From Myxococcota bacterium (lineage in GTDB: Bacteria > Myxococcota_A > SURF-8 > G963663525): a DNA stretch of 64,000 nucleotides. Positions 1-9,925 of the stretch are shown piece after piece. Under the pieces are notes generated by a model. The model was not told the origin of the DNA, did no database searches, and saw only the letters and a list, made by a program, of their open reading frames with translations. The stretch lies in contig CAXXVK010000067.1 of NCBI GenBank assembly GCA_963676915.2, positions 96,001 to 160,000 on the forward strand, written 5' to 3'. The position numbers were made by a program, and so were the translations under genes. Positions within the stretch are counted from its first letter, which is position 1. Every line of letters starts with the position of its first letter.

Positions 1-635
1 ATGCGTCCACGATAAGAAAGATATTCTTTTCGAACGTTCGATAAGGCGTATTCGAGGTCTTCAATGCGTTTATTGGCCTCTTCCTCTTTCTTCTTTGCCT
101 CCATCTCCTGTTTGCGTACGGCAGGGAGTTTGTGCCGCGGCATTCCGCGAAGCTGACTCGCCGGGATTTTGGAGGATTCAGGCAGCGAAGAAAGCTTTTC
201 GTCCAGATCTTCGTCTTCGAACAGATCGTTGAGGCTGTCCAAAGCGTTTGGATCGACTTCCAACCCCGCGCTTTCCTTGTATTTTTTCGCCCGGTCGCCA
301 CCAAGTGCATCTTCCATGATGCCGGCAAGAGAGATTTCAACTTCTTCATCGTCGTCTTCATCGATAGATTCGGATTCCTCGTCTTCGATTTCGATGAAGA
401 ATTCTTCTTCCTCGTCAGCTTTGGCTTCTGATGCTTCTTGTTCCGGGTCGGTTTCTTCGGAAATATCCGTTTCTTGTTCTTCCGATTCGTCGGACTCCGA
501 CGGAGGGGGGGCTTTTGGCTTTTTGGGGCGATTCACGCTTTCCAAGGCATCTTCGAACGCACTGGATAGATCTTCTCCCAGGTCGAATTCTTCTTCCAGA
601 TCCCCCAGATCGATCACATTTTTGCGTGGCGTCAC
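1..635 (-). CDS. Partial gene running off the left window edge: very acidic N-terminal region followed by a coiled coil; possibly GrpE-like
   Basis: Translated by hand (not in the ORF track). GGGAGG RBS then GTG at 635; MTPRKNVIDLGDLEEEFD...EDEESESIDEDDDEE...EAKKKEEEANKRIEDLEYALIERSKR; open to position 1. The Ser-rich + strand ORF 169..669 is its shadow. The GrpE idea is only a guess from the architecture. Confidence 0.65.
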   Translation of the reverse strand, partial: MTPRKNVIDLGDLEEEFDLGEDLSSAFEDALESVNRPKKPKAPPPSESDESEEQETDISEETDPEQEASEAKADEEEEFFIEIEDEESESIDEDDDEEVEISLAGIMEDALGGDRAKKYKESAGLEVDPNALDSLNDLFEDEDLDEKLSSLPESSKIPASQLRGMPRHKLPAVRKQEMEAKKKEEEANKRIEDLEYALSNVRKEYLSYRGR

Positions 636-918
636 GTTGGACCTCCCAGAACGTGCCAAGCGCGAATAAAAACTATCATTTCAGGTAGGACGATCCATCG
701 TCAAAAAATTGACGAAAAAAGAACATTTCGTTCCATAAAAAATCGCAATACCATCGTTATGAAAAGTACGTCCAATCAGTGTAATAAATTATCGCATTAA
801 TTTGTGCCTATGTCAAATAAATTACCAAAAAATGAATATTGTAAGTGCTTGTTTTTTTTAGCAATCCTTTGTGCCATGATGAGAACCTTCTAAAAAAACA
901 TCGTCAACGTTTCCATGG

Positions 919-2001
919 TCAGATTTCATTGTAAAAACGGCTCTCGAAATAGTGCTGTTCGAAGCGTTTCCATAATATCGCAAGAATGCTCGCCATTGGG
1001 ACCGCCAGCAGAATTCCTGCAAAACCCATAATATGTCCGAAAAGAAGCAGGGCAATCAGTACCCAAACCGAACTAAGCCCCACCTGATTGCCCAGCACAA
1101 GCGGTACCACAACCCAGCCTTCCAGGAAATTCACCACGCCGATGGTGATTCCCATGCCGAGCAGCGCTCCCCATCCCTGCCAATTGAGCAATAAAACCAA
1201 CAACGACAGAACGATGGCCGAAATCCAGCCGACGAACGGCATGAACGAACTGATTCCGGCGATAATTCCTATCGGTAGAGCCATGGGAACACCGGAAATG
1301 GCCAGTCCCAAGGAATATAGCCCGGCAAGGATCGTGCAAACCAACAACTGTCCCCGAATGAAATGGGACATCTTATCATCGATCTCGTGGTACAGACCAC
1401 GAGCAAAGGACTGATATCGTTTGGGAATTCTAAAAATAACCCAGGCTTTGATCCGGTCGAAATCGATCAGGAAAAAAATCGAGAAAATTCCAACCAATAC
1501 GGCTTGGAACATCAGCCCGAACACGCCGACGGTGTTCATCATCGTGGAAACGGCCTGTTTGTAGACCTTCGTCAGTTCTTCGCCTCCGACCGCTCCGGCC
1601 AGCAACGTCAGTTTTTCGCGGAACAGGAGTTGAACGTCTGCGAAATCCTTGCCGGTCCATTCTTCGAGTTTGGGCAAAAGCCAGTGTTGCGTTTTATCGA
1701 TCATATTGGGCAGACGGCGCTGGAACGACGAAACCTGATCCACCATGGCGGGGACGATCAGCAGCACCAGAATCGCCAAAGCCAAAAGGAGTCCGGCAAG
1801 CAAAACGAGAATCGCCGGGATACGTCCAAGCTTTTTCGATTCAAGGTAGTCTACGATAGGATCGAGTACGTAGGCGATGAGAAAAGCGATGAGAATGGGA
1901 AGCAGCGCTTCGGCGAGCAGGATCACAAACAGGGAAAGCAGAATCGTTCCGATCAGAATCCATGTTTCCGGACGAGCGAACCATCGGCGCAGGTGTGTCA
2001 T
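919..2001 (-). CDS. AI-2E family (PerM/TqsA-like) transporter
   Basis: Multi-TM protein with family motifs PILIAFLIAYVLDPIVDYLE, FIRGQLLV and GFAGILLAVP. Confidence 0.9.
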   Translation of the reverse strand: MTHLRRWFARPETWILIGTILLSLFVILLAEALLPILIAFLIAYVLDPIVDYLESKKLGRIPAILVLLAGLLLALAILVLLIVPAMVDQVSSFQRRLPNMIDKTQHWLLPKLEEWTGKDFADVQLLFREKLTLLAGAVGGEELTKVYKQAVSTMMNTVGVFGLMFQAVLVGIFSIFFLIDFDRIKAWVIFRIPKRYQSFARGLYHEIDDKMSHFIRGQLLVCTILAGLYSLGLAISGVPMALPIGIIAGISSFMPFVGWISAIVLSLLVLLLNWQGWGALLGMGITIGVVNFLEGWVVVPLVLGNQVGLSSVWVLIALLLFGHIMGFAGILLAVPMASILAILWKRFEQHYFESRFYNEI

Positions 2002-2159
2002 GACGATTTGGTTTCCTCATCGGTTGCGGGCGGATCGGCTGGAATACGAAACAGGCGGCAAATCGCCGCACCGATCCCGCGAGAAACCAGTTTCGCATTG
2101 GAGAAACCGAATATCAGAAAGCAAATCACGAGAATGATTGCGATTTCCATCGAATTCAA
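1998..2159 (-). CDS. Small TatA/E-like single-TM protein (53 aa)
   Basis: Translated by hand: MNSMEIAIILVICFLIFGFSNAKLVSRGIGAAICRLFRIPADPPATDEETKSS. AAGGAGG RBS upstream of the TTG start; the stop overlaps the AI-2E start (ATGA); E-hydrophobic-FG hinge followed by an amphipathic helix. Confidence 0.65.
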   Translation of the reverse strand: MNSMEIAIILVICFLIFGFSNAKLVSRGIGAAICRLFRIPADPPATDEETKSS

Positions 2160-2261
2160 CAGACGCCTCCTTGTTCCGTCGGGAGAATCAGTCCATCGGT
2201 TGTCCGATACTTTGGGATTCTTGTCAAGTCTTGATAAGCTTAGAACAATTTTTCCCGGAAC

Positions 2262-5200
2262 TTACGAATTTGTCGGTGGATTGACGGGCAACGGAGTCAA
2301 CTCTTCATCGCCGAATAATTCCAGGTATCCGGGTTGTGCGCCGAAACATCGGTCGAACAGTCTGCATCCACGGCAACGCTCGGTCTTTTTTCCCAAGTCC
2401 AGAGAGCCTTTTTCGAGACGAAACGTCGAGGTTGGTGTGGCGACCAATGCGTTTTCTTCGAGGGGGTGCCAGACGGCGGCTTCTTCATCCGGGAGAAAAC
2501 AGTAGGGAATGTAGTAGGATCGGACGACGAAATCGTCTCCGAGGGTTCGTGCTGCCTGCAAGGCTTTTTGCACGGCCAACGCCGCCTCCGGGTAGCGAGG
2601 CACCAATTCCTCGGCACGAGATGCGGCCCGGCCTTCGGCAGCGATCATCCAGAGATTGAAGAATTGTACGCCCATGGAACCGAAAAGGGAAACGAGCCGT
2701 CCCAGGCCCGGCAACGTCGGGGTACAGAGAAGCACGTCGAGCTCCAAACGCAAATCCGGTTGAAAAGCGTTGGCTAACGTCACCGAACGTTTGGCTTTTG
2801 CGAAACTCCCCGGACTGTTTGTCAGTGCATCGTGAATCTCGGCCGTATCGCCTCGAACCGAAATGTTGAGTTTGTTCAAACCGTTATCCACGAGTTCGTG
2901 AAGATATTCCCTGTCGGCGGTTCGTTGTCCGTTGGTTTGGACTCCGATGGTTTCGAATCCCAAAGAGGCGGCGTAGTCGATCAGTTGGGGGAGATCGTCG
3001 CGTTCGGTGGGTTCCCCGCCCCCTAGTCGCAGGTCGCTGGGATCGTAGAGCATCGCGCGGCGGATTTTTTCTTTTGCCGCGTCGGTGGTCAAAACTTCCT
3101 GTTGCAGTTCGTCCGGGACCGCACAGAAGACGCAGCCCATCGAACAGGCATAGCCTGGAATCAGGTCCAACAGTTTGACTTTCCAGGAGTTTTCCCCGTT
3201 TTCTTGTTCTTCGAGGGGAGAATAATCCCAAAATCCCTGGCATAGGCTGTCGTAGCGGCAGTTGTCGCAAAGACCGTTTTTGAATCGCCGTTCGGCGAGG
3301 TAATCGGCCAGATTGACGTGCTCGCCCGTTACGAAACGCATGGTGCGCACCGTTTTATAAAAATCCTGGAGAGCGTAGGACTCGTAGCCCTCCAATAGAC
3401 AAAACGGTAGGTTGACAACGTGAATCTTAAGGGATTCCGGGGAGTTGTCGATAGTTTTACGAACCTGTTGCGCCGTTTCCCAGGGATCGGCGGCAAACGC
3501 GGCGTCGATGTGACCGAATGGCGTATAGTATTGGATATTGAACGTATCGGCTCCAAGACGTGCCGCGAGACGACCCATGGCGGGAATCTGCTCTACATTG
3601 TCGGATACCACCGTCATGTTCACGCCCACTCGCTCGAAGCGTTTGCGGACGCGGACGATCCCGGCTACCGTTTGTTTCCATGCACCTGGAACCCGTACCA
3701 GCGAATCGTGGATTTCGGCTTCGGCTCCATGGAGCGAAACGAGGATGTCGAGCGGGTATCCTGCCAGTCGATCGAGGAATTCCGGCTCGTTGAATCGTCT
3801 CCCGTTGCTGGTGATGGTTACACGGTTGTACCCGGTTTCAAGGGCTGCATCCAGCAATTCGAAAAGGTGGGGATAAAGTGTCGGTTCCCCACCGTCGAGA
3901 TCCAGGTTGCGTACTCCGCGTTCGTAGGCTTGTTCCAGGGAGGCGACGAGTTCCGACAGCGGAGCGTCTTTGCGTTCCCTATCGGCGACGGAACAGAAAC
4001 GGCAGTTGTTGTTGCAGCGATAACTTACGTTCAGGATTAGTTTTTCCTGGTCGTTTCCACGGGTACGGAGCCGGAAGTTGTCGCGGGTTTCGGCGAGTGT
4101 ATCCACGTCCAAAGGGCCATAAGCCGTGACAGGTCGTTCCTGCATGGCCTGCATGAGGTCGTATTCGGGCTCGAAATCGAACGCCTCGGGTGGCAGGGCG
4201 AATTCCACTTCGGGTTCAATGTTGTAGATTGAAGCGGCCTGAGCCAGCACCCGGAGCCAGACGTTGATTTCCGGTTGTCCGTCCGGTTCGTGTCCGATAT
4301 CGGAAACGAGCACTTTTTCACCTTTTTGTGCGCACATGCGCAGCAAACCGGCTTCGAACCACTGAGGAAAGCGGTCGTCGGTCAAGAAAGAATTCCAGCC
4401 TTCGGGAAAACCGGGTTTCAAAGCAACTCTGAACGGTTCCGCAATGTTGGAAACCGGTGGCAAAACATCATCGGTTACGAGTTCGAACGGCAATGGATGA
4501 GCGAAGCGTACGTGCAGTTCCGCTTCGTTGACCAGTTCCATGAAGGCACGCAAGCGGTTATGGTCTTCAGTGCCGAAACGGTCCATCACCCAAAGTGTGT
4601 CGATGCCTAGTTTACGGTATTCACCCAAACGGAACCAGGCGCGGTCGTAGTCGAAATCCGTCGAAGAAGGGCAGACCAGACAGGGGAAAGCCCGTTCGTC
4701 TTTTTGACCGCTCAACCAGCCTTCATGACGAGCTTGAGAGAATAATTCACAATACGTTTCAACAAGTTCCGGGTCCAGGCGAGGTGGTTTTTCTTCGGAA
4801 GCTATGGAACCGCCGACCAGTTGCGCTTTCGAACCTATGCGCGATACCAGGCCGGGAGGTGCCAGACCTTCGCAGACCTGCAACAGTCCTTTCGCGGTGG
4901 CGTCCATCAACAGGCTTTCGACTTCGGGCAGACGGTCGAGCAACAAGAGCGGATCGAAACTTGTCGGATAGGGACCGGGACAGGATGGATCGAAAATGTG
5001 GATGCGAGTTCCCGCGTACGAAATGCGATGAATCAGTGTTTCGAGGCGTTCCAGCAGTCCCGGTTTCAGTCGATCAACCTTGCTGAAATGGATCAACGCG
5101 ATTTCGGCTCCCGAATCGATCACCTTTGCCGCTACCGTTTCAGGGTCCGCACCGAGCAAAAAGCCGTCTTCGGTTTCACGTACCAGCGGACCCAGGCGAA

Positions 5201-5351
5201 GGGCATCGATCAATACGGCTTCCGTTTCATGGGCGAGATGCGCCACGGCGTCGAGACAAGGAAAGACATCGAGGATGCCGTTTTGGATCATCCCCCGATG
5301 AACGGAGGCGGTAGGATGTACGATCGCGATTCGGGTCATCTGAGTTTCCAT
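2262..5351 (-). CDS. Multi-domain radical SAM protein: degenerate B12-binding/class-B-like module plus two HxsC-like radical SAM domains
   Basis: Two CxxxCxxC motifs (CNNNCRFC at ~3993-4016, CSMGCVFC at ~3123-3146), each followed by GGEPT, (T/S)NG, PFC/PYC and a C-terminal CxxCx5CxG. Confidence 0.85.
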   Translation of the reverse strand: METQMTRIAIVHPTASVHRGMIQNGILDVFPCLDAVAHLAHETEAVLIDALRLGPLVRETEDGFLLGADPETVAAKVIDSGAEIALIHFSKVDRLKPGLLERLETLIHRISYAGTRIHIFDPSCPGPYPTSFDPLLLLDRLPEVESLLMDATAKGLLQVCEGLAPPGLVSRIGSKAQLVGGSIASEEKPPRLDPELVETYCELFSQARHEGWLSGQKDERAFPCLVCPSSTDFDYDRAWFRLGEYRKLGIDTLWVMDRFGTEDHNRLRAFMELVNEAELHVRFAHPLPFELVTDDVLPPVSNIAEPFRVALKPGFPEGWNSFLTDDRFPQWFEAGLLRMCAQKGEKVLVSDIGHEPDGQPEINVWLRVLAQAASIYNIEPEVEFALPPEAFDFEPEYDLMQAMQERPVTAYGPLDVDTLAETRDNFRLRTRGNDQEKLILNVSYRCNNNCRFCSVADRERKDAPLSELVASLEQAYERGVRNLDLDGGEPTLYPHLFELLDAALETGYNRVTITSNGRRFNEPEFLDRLAGYPLDILVSLHGAEAEIHDSLVRVPGAWKQTVAGIVRVRKRFERVGVNMTVVSDNVEQIPAMGRLAARLGADTFNIQYYTPFGHIDAAFAADPWETAQQVRKTIDNSPESLKIHVVNLPFCLLEGYESYALQDFYKTVRTMRFVTGEHVNLADYLAERRFKNGLCDNCRYDSLCQGFWDYSPLEEQENGENSWKVKLLDLIPGYACSMGCVFCAVPDELQQEVLTTDAAKEKIRRAMLYDPSDLRLGGGEPTERDDLPQLIDYAASLGFETIGVQTNGQRTADREYLHELVDNGLNKLNISVRGDTAEIHDALTNSPGSFAKAKRSVTLANAFQPDLRLELDVLLCTPTLPGLGRLVSLFGSMGVQFFNLWMIAAEGRAASRAEELVPRYPEAALAVQKALQAARTLGDDFVVRSYYIPYCFLPDEEAAVWHPLEENALVATPTSTFRLEKGSLDLGKKTERCRGCRLFDRCFGAQPGYLELFGDEELTPLPVNPPTNS

Positions 5352-5486
5352 CGCGTCAGTTGCAATAAAACCAAGCTAGCTCCGCCAAAAGCCAAAGTCA
5401 AAGGCGGACATCATACGAAGCCGGTTTTTCGCAAAAACGTTTCTTTTAAAGATGGATGCACCGAACTTGGAATAAAAAGGTACAAA

Positions 5487-7970
5487 TCAGCCAATCGTGA
5501 GCACGTTTCCGATTTTCTCCTGGGTACGTTCGAACAATTGTTTCAGTCTGCGATGTTCGGGCTTTTCGAGATCGGGGTCCAGTTCGGTCAGTCTGAAGGC
5601 CGTGTTTTTAGCGAGAAGCAGCAAATCTTGATCTCTCGCAAGGTTGGCAAGCCCGAAGCCGTGATTTCCCCATTGACGGGTTCCGGTAACGTCGCCGGGA
5701 CCGCGCAGTTCCATGTCTTTTTCGGCGATCAGGAAGCCGTCTTCGCTGGAGACGAGGGTTTCGAGCCTCTCGCGTCCGGCTGCGTCGTCGCCATGGCATA
5801 AAAAGCAGGTCGAAGCCTTCGTGCCACGGCCGATTCGCCCGCGAAGTTGGTGAAGCTGTGCCAGTCCGAAGCGTTCCGCGTTCTCGATCACCATCACCGT
5901 CGCGTTGGGAACATCCACGCCGACCTCGATGACCGTCGTTGCGACCAGAAGGCGTGTGGTTCCCTTCTGGAATTCGGCCATCACCTGGTCTTTTTCCTCG
6001 CTTTTCATTCGACCGTGAAGAAGACCCACGGGATAGTTTTGGAATCGTTTTCGGTGCCTGTCATATTCCTCAAGAGCGTTTTTCAACTCCAGCTTTTCGG
6101 ATTCCTCGATCAACGGAAGCACGATATACGCCTGCCCGTCTCGTTCCAATTCCCGATGAACGGCGCGCCACATGGCGGGGCGTTGCTCTTCTTCAACAAT
6201 GTGCGTGCGCACGGGGGAACGTCCGGCGGGTTTTTCGCGGATAATGGACAGGTCGAGGTCGCCGTACAGTGTCATGGACAACGAACGGGGAATGGGCGTG
6301 GCGGTCATAACCAGACTGTGAGGATGAACGCCTTTTTGCACGAGCGCACTTCGTTGGCGAACGCCGAAGCGGTGCTGTTCGTCTATAATGACGTAGGCGA
6401 GTTTGTGGAAGTCCACCGACTGTTGAATCAGGGCGTGGGTTCCGACCACAATGGCCGAATCGCCGTGCTTGATGCGTTTCTTGATGGCCTGTTTTTCCTT
6501 CTCTTTTTTGCCGCCGGTCAGCAAAACCGCCTCGATGCCTTCCGGCAGGTGTTTTAGCAGATTCCGATAGTGTTGCTCGGCGAGAATTTCGGTCGGAGCC
6601 ATCAGAGCGACTTGATAGCCGTTCTCCACTACCAGCAGCGCCGAAAGAATGGCCACCACGGTTTTTCCGCTGCCCACATCGCCTTGAAGCATTCGACTCA
6701 TCGGACTTGTGCCGCAAAGGTCTTCCACGATATCCAGCAGTGCTTGTTTCTGGTCGCCCGTCAGTTTGTATTTGAAATTTCGGTAAAAACGAGTTGCCAG
6801 ACCGTTGAGCCGCTCCATTTGGATGCCTGCTTGTGTCTTGACATTTTTTCTTCGTTGGGCCAGGACGAGTTGCAAGGCGAAAAAATCGTCGAAAATCAAG
6901 CGTTTGTGAACGGCTCCGCGTTTGCGGTTCCATTCGCGCACGTCGGCGTTTTCCGGGGGACGATGGATTTGCAGCAGGGTGTCGCTCAGTGGTGAAAATC
7001 CAAGGGATTTTCTCAGTTTATCCGGCAGGTAATCGTCTACAAGTGGGGTGAATTCCTCTGCAATTTGCGCCATGCGCATCCGCAGCAATCGGGACGGAAT
7101 ACCGGCGATGTCCGGATAAACCGGCACGACGGCGGCCAGCCCGTCGGAAGGTTCGCCATGGATGGTGGCTTCCTGGTTTGTGCTATCGGCGGCGGTTTCG
7201 ATATCGGGGTGGACGATCTGCTTGCGATCCCGGTACCACGAGATTTTTCCGCTGAAAATCACCTCATCGCCCACCTGAAAACGACGCGGAATGCTTTGAG
7301 CGCCGTAATGGAACCATGTCAACAGACACGAGCCGCTGGAGTCCTCGACCAGGATGGAATAGGGCCGCTTTTTTCCCCAGCGTCCCGGACGATTGTCCAT
7401 GCCGACGATTTTCCCGGATGCTCGGCAGAATTCGCCCGGAACGGCTTCGGCGATTTTTGCTACCTGGGAACGATCTTCGTAACGTGTAGGGAAGAAACGC
7501 AAGAGATCCCCGATGGTTACGATTTGTCGCGCCGCCAGGGCTTCCGCCGCACGTCCCCCGATTCCTTTGATGATCTGCACGGATTGATCGAGAAGGATTT
7601 GTTTTCGTGTCGCTTCGAAATCCCTATCGGTTTCTTGTCCCGACTTCGAGAGGCAAGTTTGCAGAGAATCCAACAATTTCAAAGCGTTAAGAACCGCCCG
7701 CTGTTTTTCCTGCTCGTCCTGATTTTCCCAGTCCTCGAAACATCCGGCGAGTTTATCCCATTTCGCCAGACAACGGGCCGGTTGGGGAAGGGAGCGTGCC
7801 TGTTCGGTGCGTGATTGCACGTAATTGGAAAGCCCCGCCACGCGAGCCAAGGCGTGGAAATTCCCTCGTGCGGCATAGACCAACGGCTGGCGACAATCCT
7901 GTGCCACTTCCAGAGGTGTGACCTCGGTCGATTTTCGTGTTTTTTTCGAGCGTGACGTTTTCGTGCTCAT
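5487..7970 (-). CDS. recG: ATP-dependent DNA helicase RecG
   Basis: QGDVGSGKT, MAPTEILAEQH, DEQHRFG, MTATPIPRSL and QLHQLRGRIGRG motifs; OB/wedge domain. Confidence 0.97.
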   Translation of the reverse strand: MSTKTSRSKKTRKSTEVTPLEVAQDCRQPLVYAARGNFHALARVAGLSNYVQSRTEQARSLPQPARCLAKWDKLAGCFEDWENQDEQEKQRAVLNALKLLDSLQTCLSKSGQETDRDFEATRKQILLDQSVQIIKGIGGRAAEALAARQIVTIGDLLRFFPTRYEDRSQVAKIAEAVPGEFCRASGKIVGMDNRPGRWGKKRPYSILVEDSSGSCLLTWFHYGAQSIPRRFQVGDEVIFSGKISWYRDRKQIVHPDIETAADSTNQEATIHGEPSDGLAAVVPVYPDIAGIPSRLLRMRMAQIAEEFTPLVDDYLPDKLRKSLGFSPLSDTLLQIHRPPENADVREWNRKRGAVHKRLIFDDFFALQLVLAQRRKNVKTQAGIQMERLNGLATRFYRNFKYKLTGDQKQALLDIVEDLCGTSPMSRMLQGDVGSGKTVVAILSALLVVENGYQVALMAPTEILAEQHYRNLLKHLPEGIEAVLLTGGKKEKEKQAIKKRIKHGDSAIVVGTHALIQQSVDFHKLAYVIIDEQHRFGVRQRSALVQKGVHPHSLVMTATPIPRSLSMTLYGDLDLSIIREKPAGRSPVRTHIVEEEQRPAMWRAVHRELERDGQAYIVLPLIEESEKLELKNALEEYDRHRKRFQNYPVGLLHGRMKSEEKDQVMAEFQKGTTRLLVATTVIEVGVDVPNATVMVIENAERFGLAQLHQLRGRIGRGTKASTCFLCHGDDAAGRERLETLVSSEDGFLIAEKDMELRGPGDVTGTRQWGNHGFGLANLARDQDLLLLAKNTAFRLTELDPDLEKPEHRRLKQLFERTQEKIGNVLTIG

Positions 7971-8080
7971 CGAAAAGCCGCGTCAAAGGGCGAAGATCAT
8001 GGAAAATATAGGAAAACGGGTCGTTCGTATCTCGTTATCTCATCAGATCGAGCCTCCCGAGGGCGAGGCTCGTTGATGGC

Positions 8081-8554
8081 TTATGAATATTCCACGTCCT
8101 CGATTTCGTACGTGCGAATTCCCTTGGGAGTTTTGATGCTTACTTCGTCCCCGATGCTTTTTCCGATCAGTTGCTTTGCCATGGGGGAGTCGAAGGAGAT
8201 CATTTGTTTTTTCAGGTCCGCTTCGTCCACACCCACGATCCGATAGGAGACTTCCTCGTCGGTGTCCAGGTTGATCAGACTGACTTTCGCACCGAAAATC
8301 ACCCGCTCCCCGGAAAGTTTCGAGGCGTCGATGACTTCGGCACGGGCGAGCTTGTCTTCCAATTCCCGGATTCTTGCTTCGAGCAGACCCTGAGATTGTT
8401 TTGCGGCGTCGTATTCGGCATTTTCAGAAAGATCGCCGTGGGCTCGGGCTTCCTCGATGGCTTGCACGATCTGAGGGCGAAGCACTTTTTTCGAGTGGCT
8501 TAGTTCCTCCTGCAACATCTTCTTCCCTTGGATCGTCATCGGTTCGCTTCTCAT
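8081..8554 (-). CDS. greA: Transcription elongation factor GreA
   Basis: [18 protein letters not shown] and [14 protein letters not shown] motifs. Confidence 0.97.
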   Translation of the reverse strand: MRSEPMTIQGKKMLQEELSHSKKVLRPQIVQAIEEARAHGDLSENAEYDAAKQSQGLLEARIRELEDKLARAEVIDASKLSGERVIFGAKVSLINLDTDEEVSYRIVGVDEADLKKQMISFDSPMAKQLIGKSIGDEVSIKTPKGIRTYEIEDVEYS

Positions 8555-9690
8555 CTGGCGCTCTCCTTCAGTTTGCGAGCGAAAGGTTCGTTTCGTTCAT
8601 GCAGCCATCGGGCTTTATCACCCAAAACGTTTTCGATTTCTTGAATGTTCAGACCGGCTTCCACCATCAGTTGCAGACCCATGGCGATGTCATCGATATG
8701 AACGGTTTCCTGTCGAATTCGGGCTTTGGCTTTTCCTTTGACCGGGGCCATATTGTGGTAATTCCCCAGGGGAAAGGCCATGGCTCCGGTTTTCCAACCC
8801 ATGCTGACGAAAACCGCCGCTTCGCAGACACCACCATCCATTAGTTTACGCTGATATTTGAAGCCGCGCTTGTTTTTTTTCAGATTTTCTCCGCAGTTAG
8901 TCAGGTAGACACCGACCTCCGGGGAGTAGGTGGACATTTTATCGCCCAAACGCACGACCGGTCCGCCGCCCTGTTCGGCACCTGGAAGTTTTTTCGAGGT
9001 TTCGAGGGAGATCATCACCAGGCTTTTGGGCAGCTTTTTCGTTGCGGCCAACGCCAGTGCTCCGTTGAAACCGTTTTCTTCGGCTCGGGTAAAGACACAC
9101 CAGACCTCGCATTCCGCCTTGGTTTTTACGAGTTCCTCCAGTAACGCCAGTTGCACCGCTACCGAGCACAGGTCGTCGGCGGCTCGGGTGTGGACGAGTC
9201 CGTCTTTGAGTTCGTAGCCTTTCAAGTCCCACTGGGCATAGGTCTCCCCAGGGATAACCTCCACCGGACGGGAGAGTTGGAGCACCGCCGTATCGACTCG
9301 TTGGAATTCCGGGGTTGATTTGGCGTCTTTTTTCGTGGAAACGACTTTTCCGGGTACGTCGTCCGGGTAGACGCGGACCTTGGTTCCTTCGAAATATTCT
9401 CTTTTTACGCCGCCCCACCATTTGGCGACCGCTTGTTTTCCCTCGCAGGAAAGCACTTCGAAGCCTGGATGGTCCATGTGGGCAATGTAGCAGATGCGCG
9501 GCTGTTTTCCCTTGACGCGCTCGCCGGAATGGTACACAACGATCCGGTTTCCGTAGCGGTCTTTTTCGGAGGTGAGCCCGAGTTTTTCCACGAAGGAATC
9601 CACGAAATCCATCACCGCGTATTCGTGAAACGGTGCGGTCGTGAGGTTGAGGACTTGTTCCAGAATGCGTTTGAGCCGATTTCGCTGCAT
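8551..9690 (-). CDS. M42/M20/M28-clan dinuclear metallopeptidase
   Basis: Metal-ligand pattern AHMDHPG, AADDL, AEENG, SLETS, GGVCEA, NYHN. Start moved to ATG 9690 (GAGG RBS); the stop overlaps the greA start (ATGA). Confidence 0.8.
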   Translation of the reverse strand: MQRNRLKRILEQVLNLTTAPFHEYAVMDFVDSFVEKLGLTSEKDRYGNRIVVYHSGERVKGKQPRICYIAHMDHPGFEVLSCEGKQAVAKWWGGVKREYFEGTKVRVYPDDVPGKVVSTKKDAKSTPEFQRVDTAVLQLSRPVEVIPGETYAQWDLKGYELKDGLVHTRAADDLCSVAVQLALLEELVKTKAECEVWCVFTRAEENGFNGALALAATKKLPKSLVMISLETSKKLPGAEQGGGPVVRLGDKMSTYSPEVGVYLTNCGENLKKNKRGFKYQRKLMDGGVCEAAVFVSMGWKTGAMAFPLGNYHNMAPVKGKAKARIRQETVHIDDIAMGLQLMVEAGLNIQEIENVLGDKARWLHERNEPFARKLKESAR

Positions 9691-9925
9691 AACGATCCTC
9701 AAAGCTTGAAACAATAAAACCCCCTTCAAGCGGGGGAAGCTCTCTATCTATCGTAAATTTCATCGAAAAACAACCGTTTTCCCATGAAAATCCGTGACGG
9801 TGAACAGGACGAAGACTTTTCGAGAAAAGAATATGGTGAAAAAGATTTGAACCGCAAGCGACGAAAATGGTACAAACCATGACATTGTTTATCGGATCGA
9901 ATGGATTCCAAGGGAGGCGGGCCGC

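Noticed and set aside
132-688. + strand ORFs 132..431, 169..669 (Ser-rich) and 431..688
   Set aside because: Antisense shadows of the acidic minus-strand gene starting at 635
690-915. AT-rich intergenic region as oriC or a CIRCE site
   Set aside because: No DnaA-box cluster and no TTAGCACTC-N9-GAGTGCTAA seen
1363-2505. 380-aa + strand ORF
   Set aside because: Antisense to the AI-2E, TatA-like and rSAM genes; no recognisable motifs
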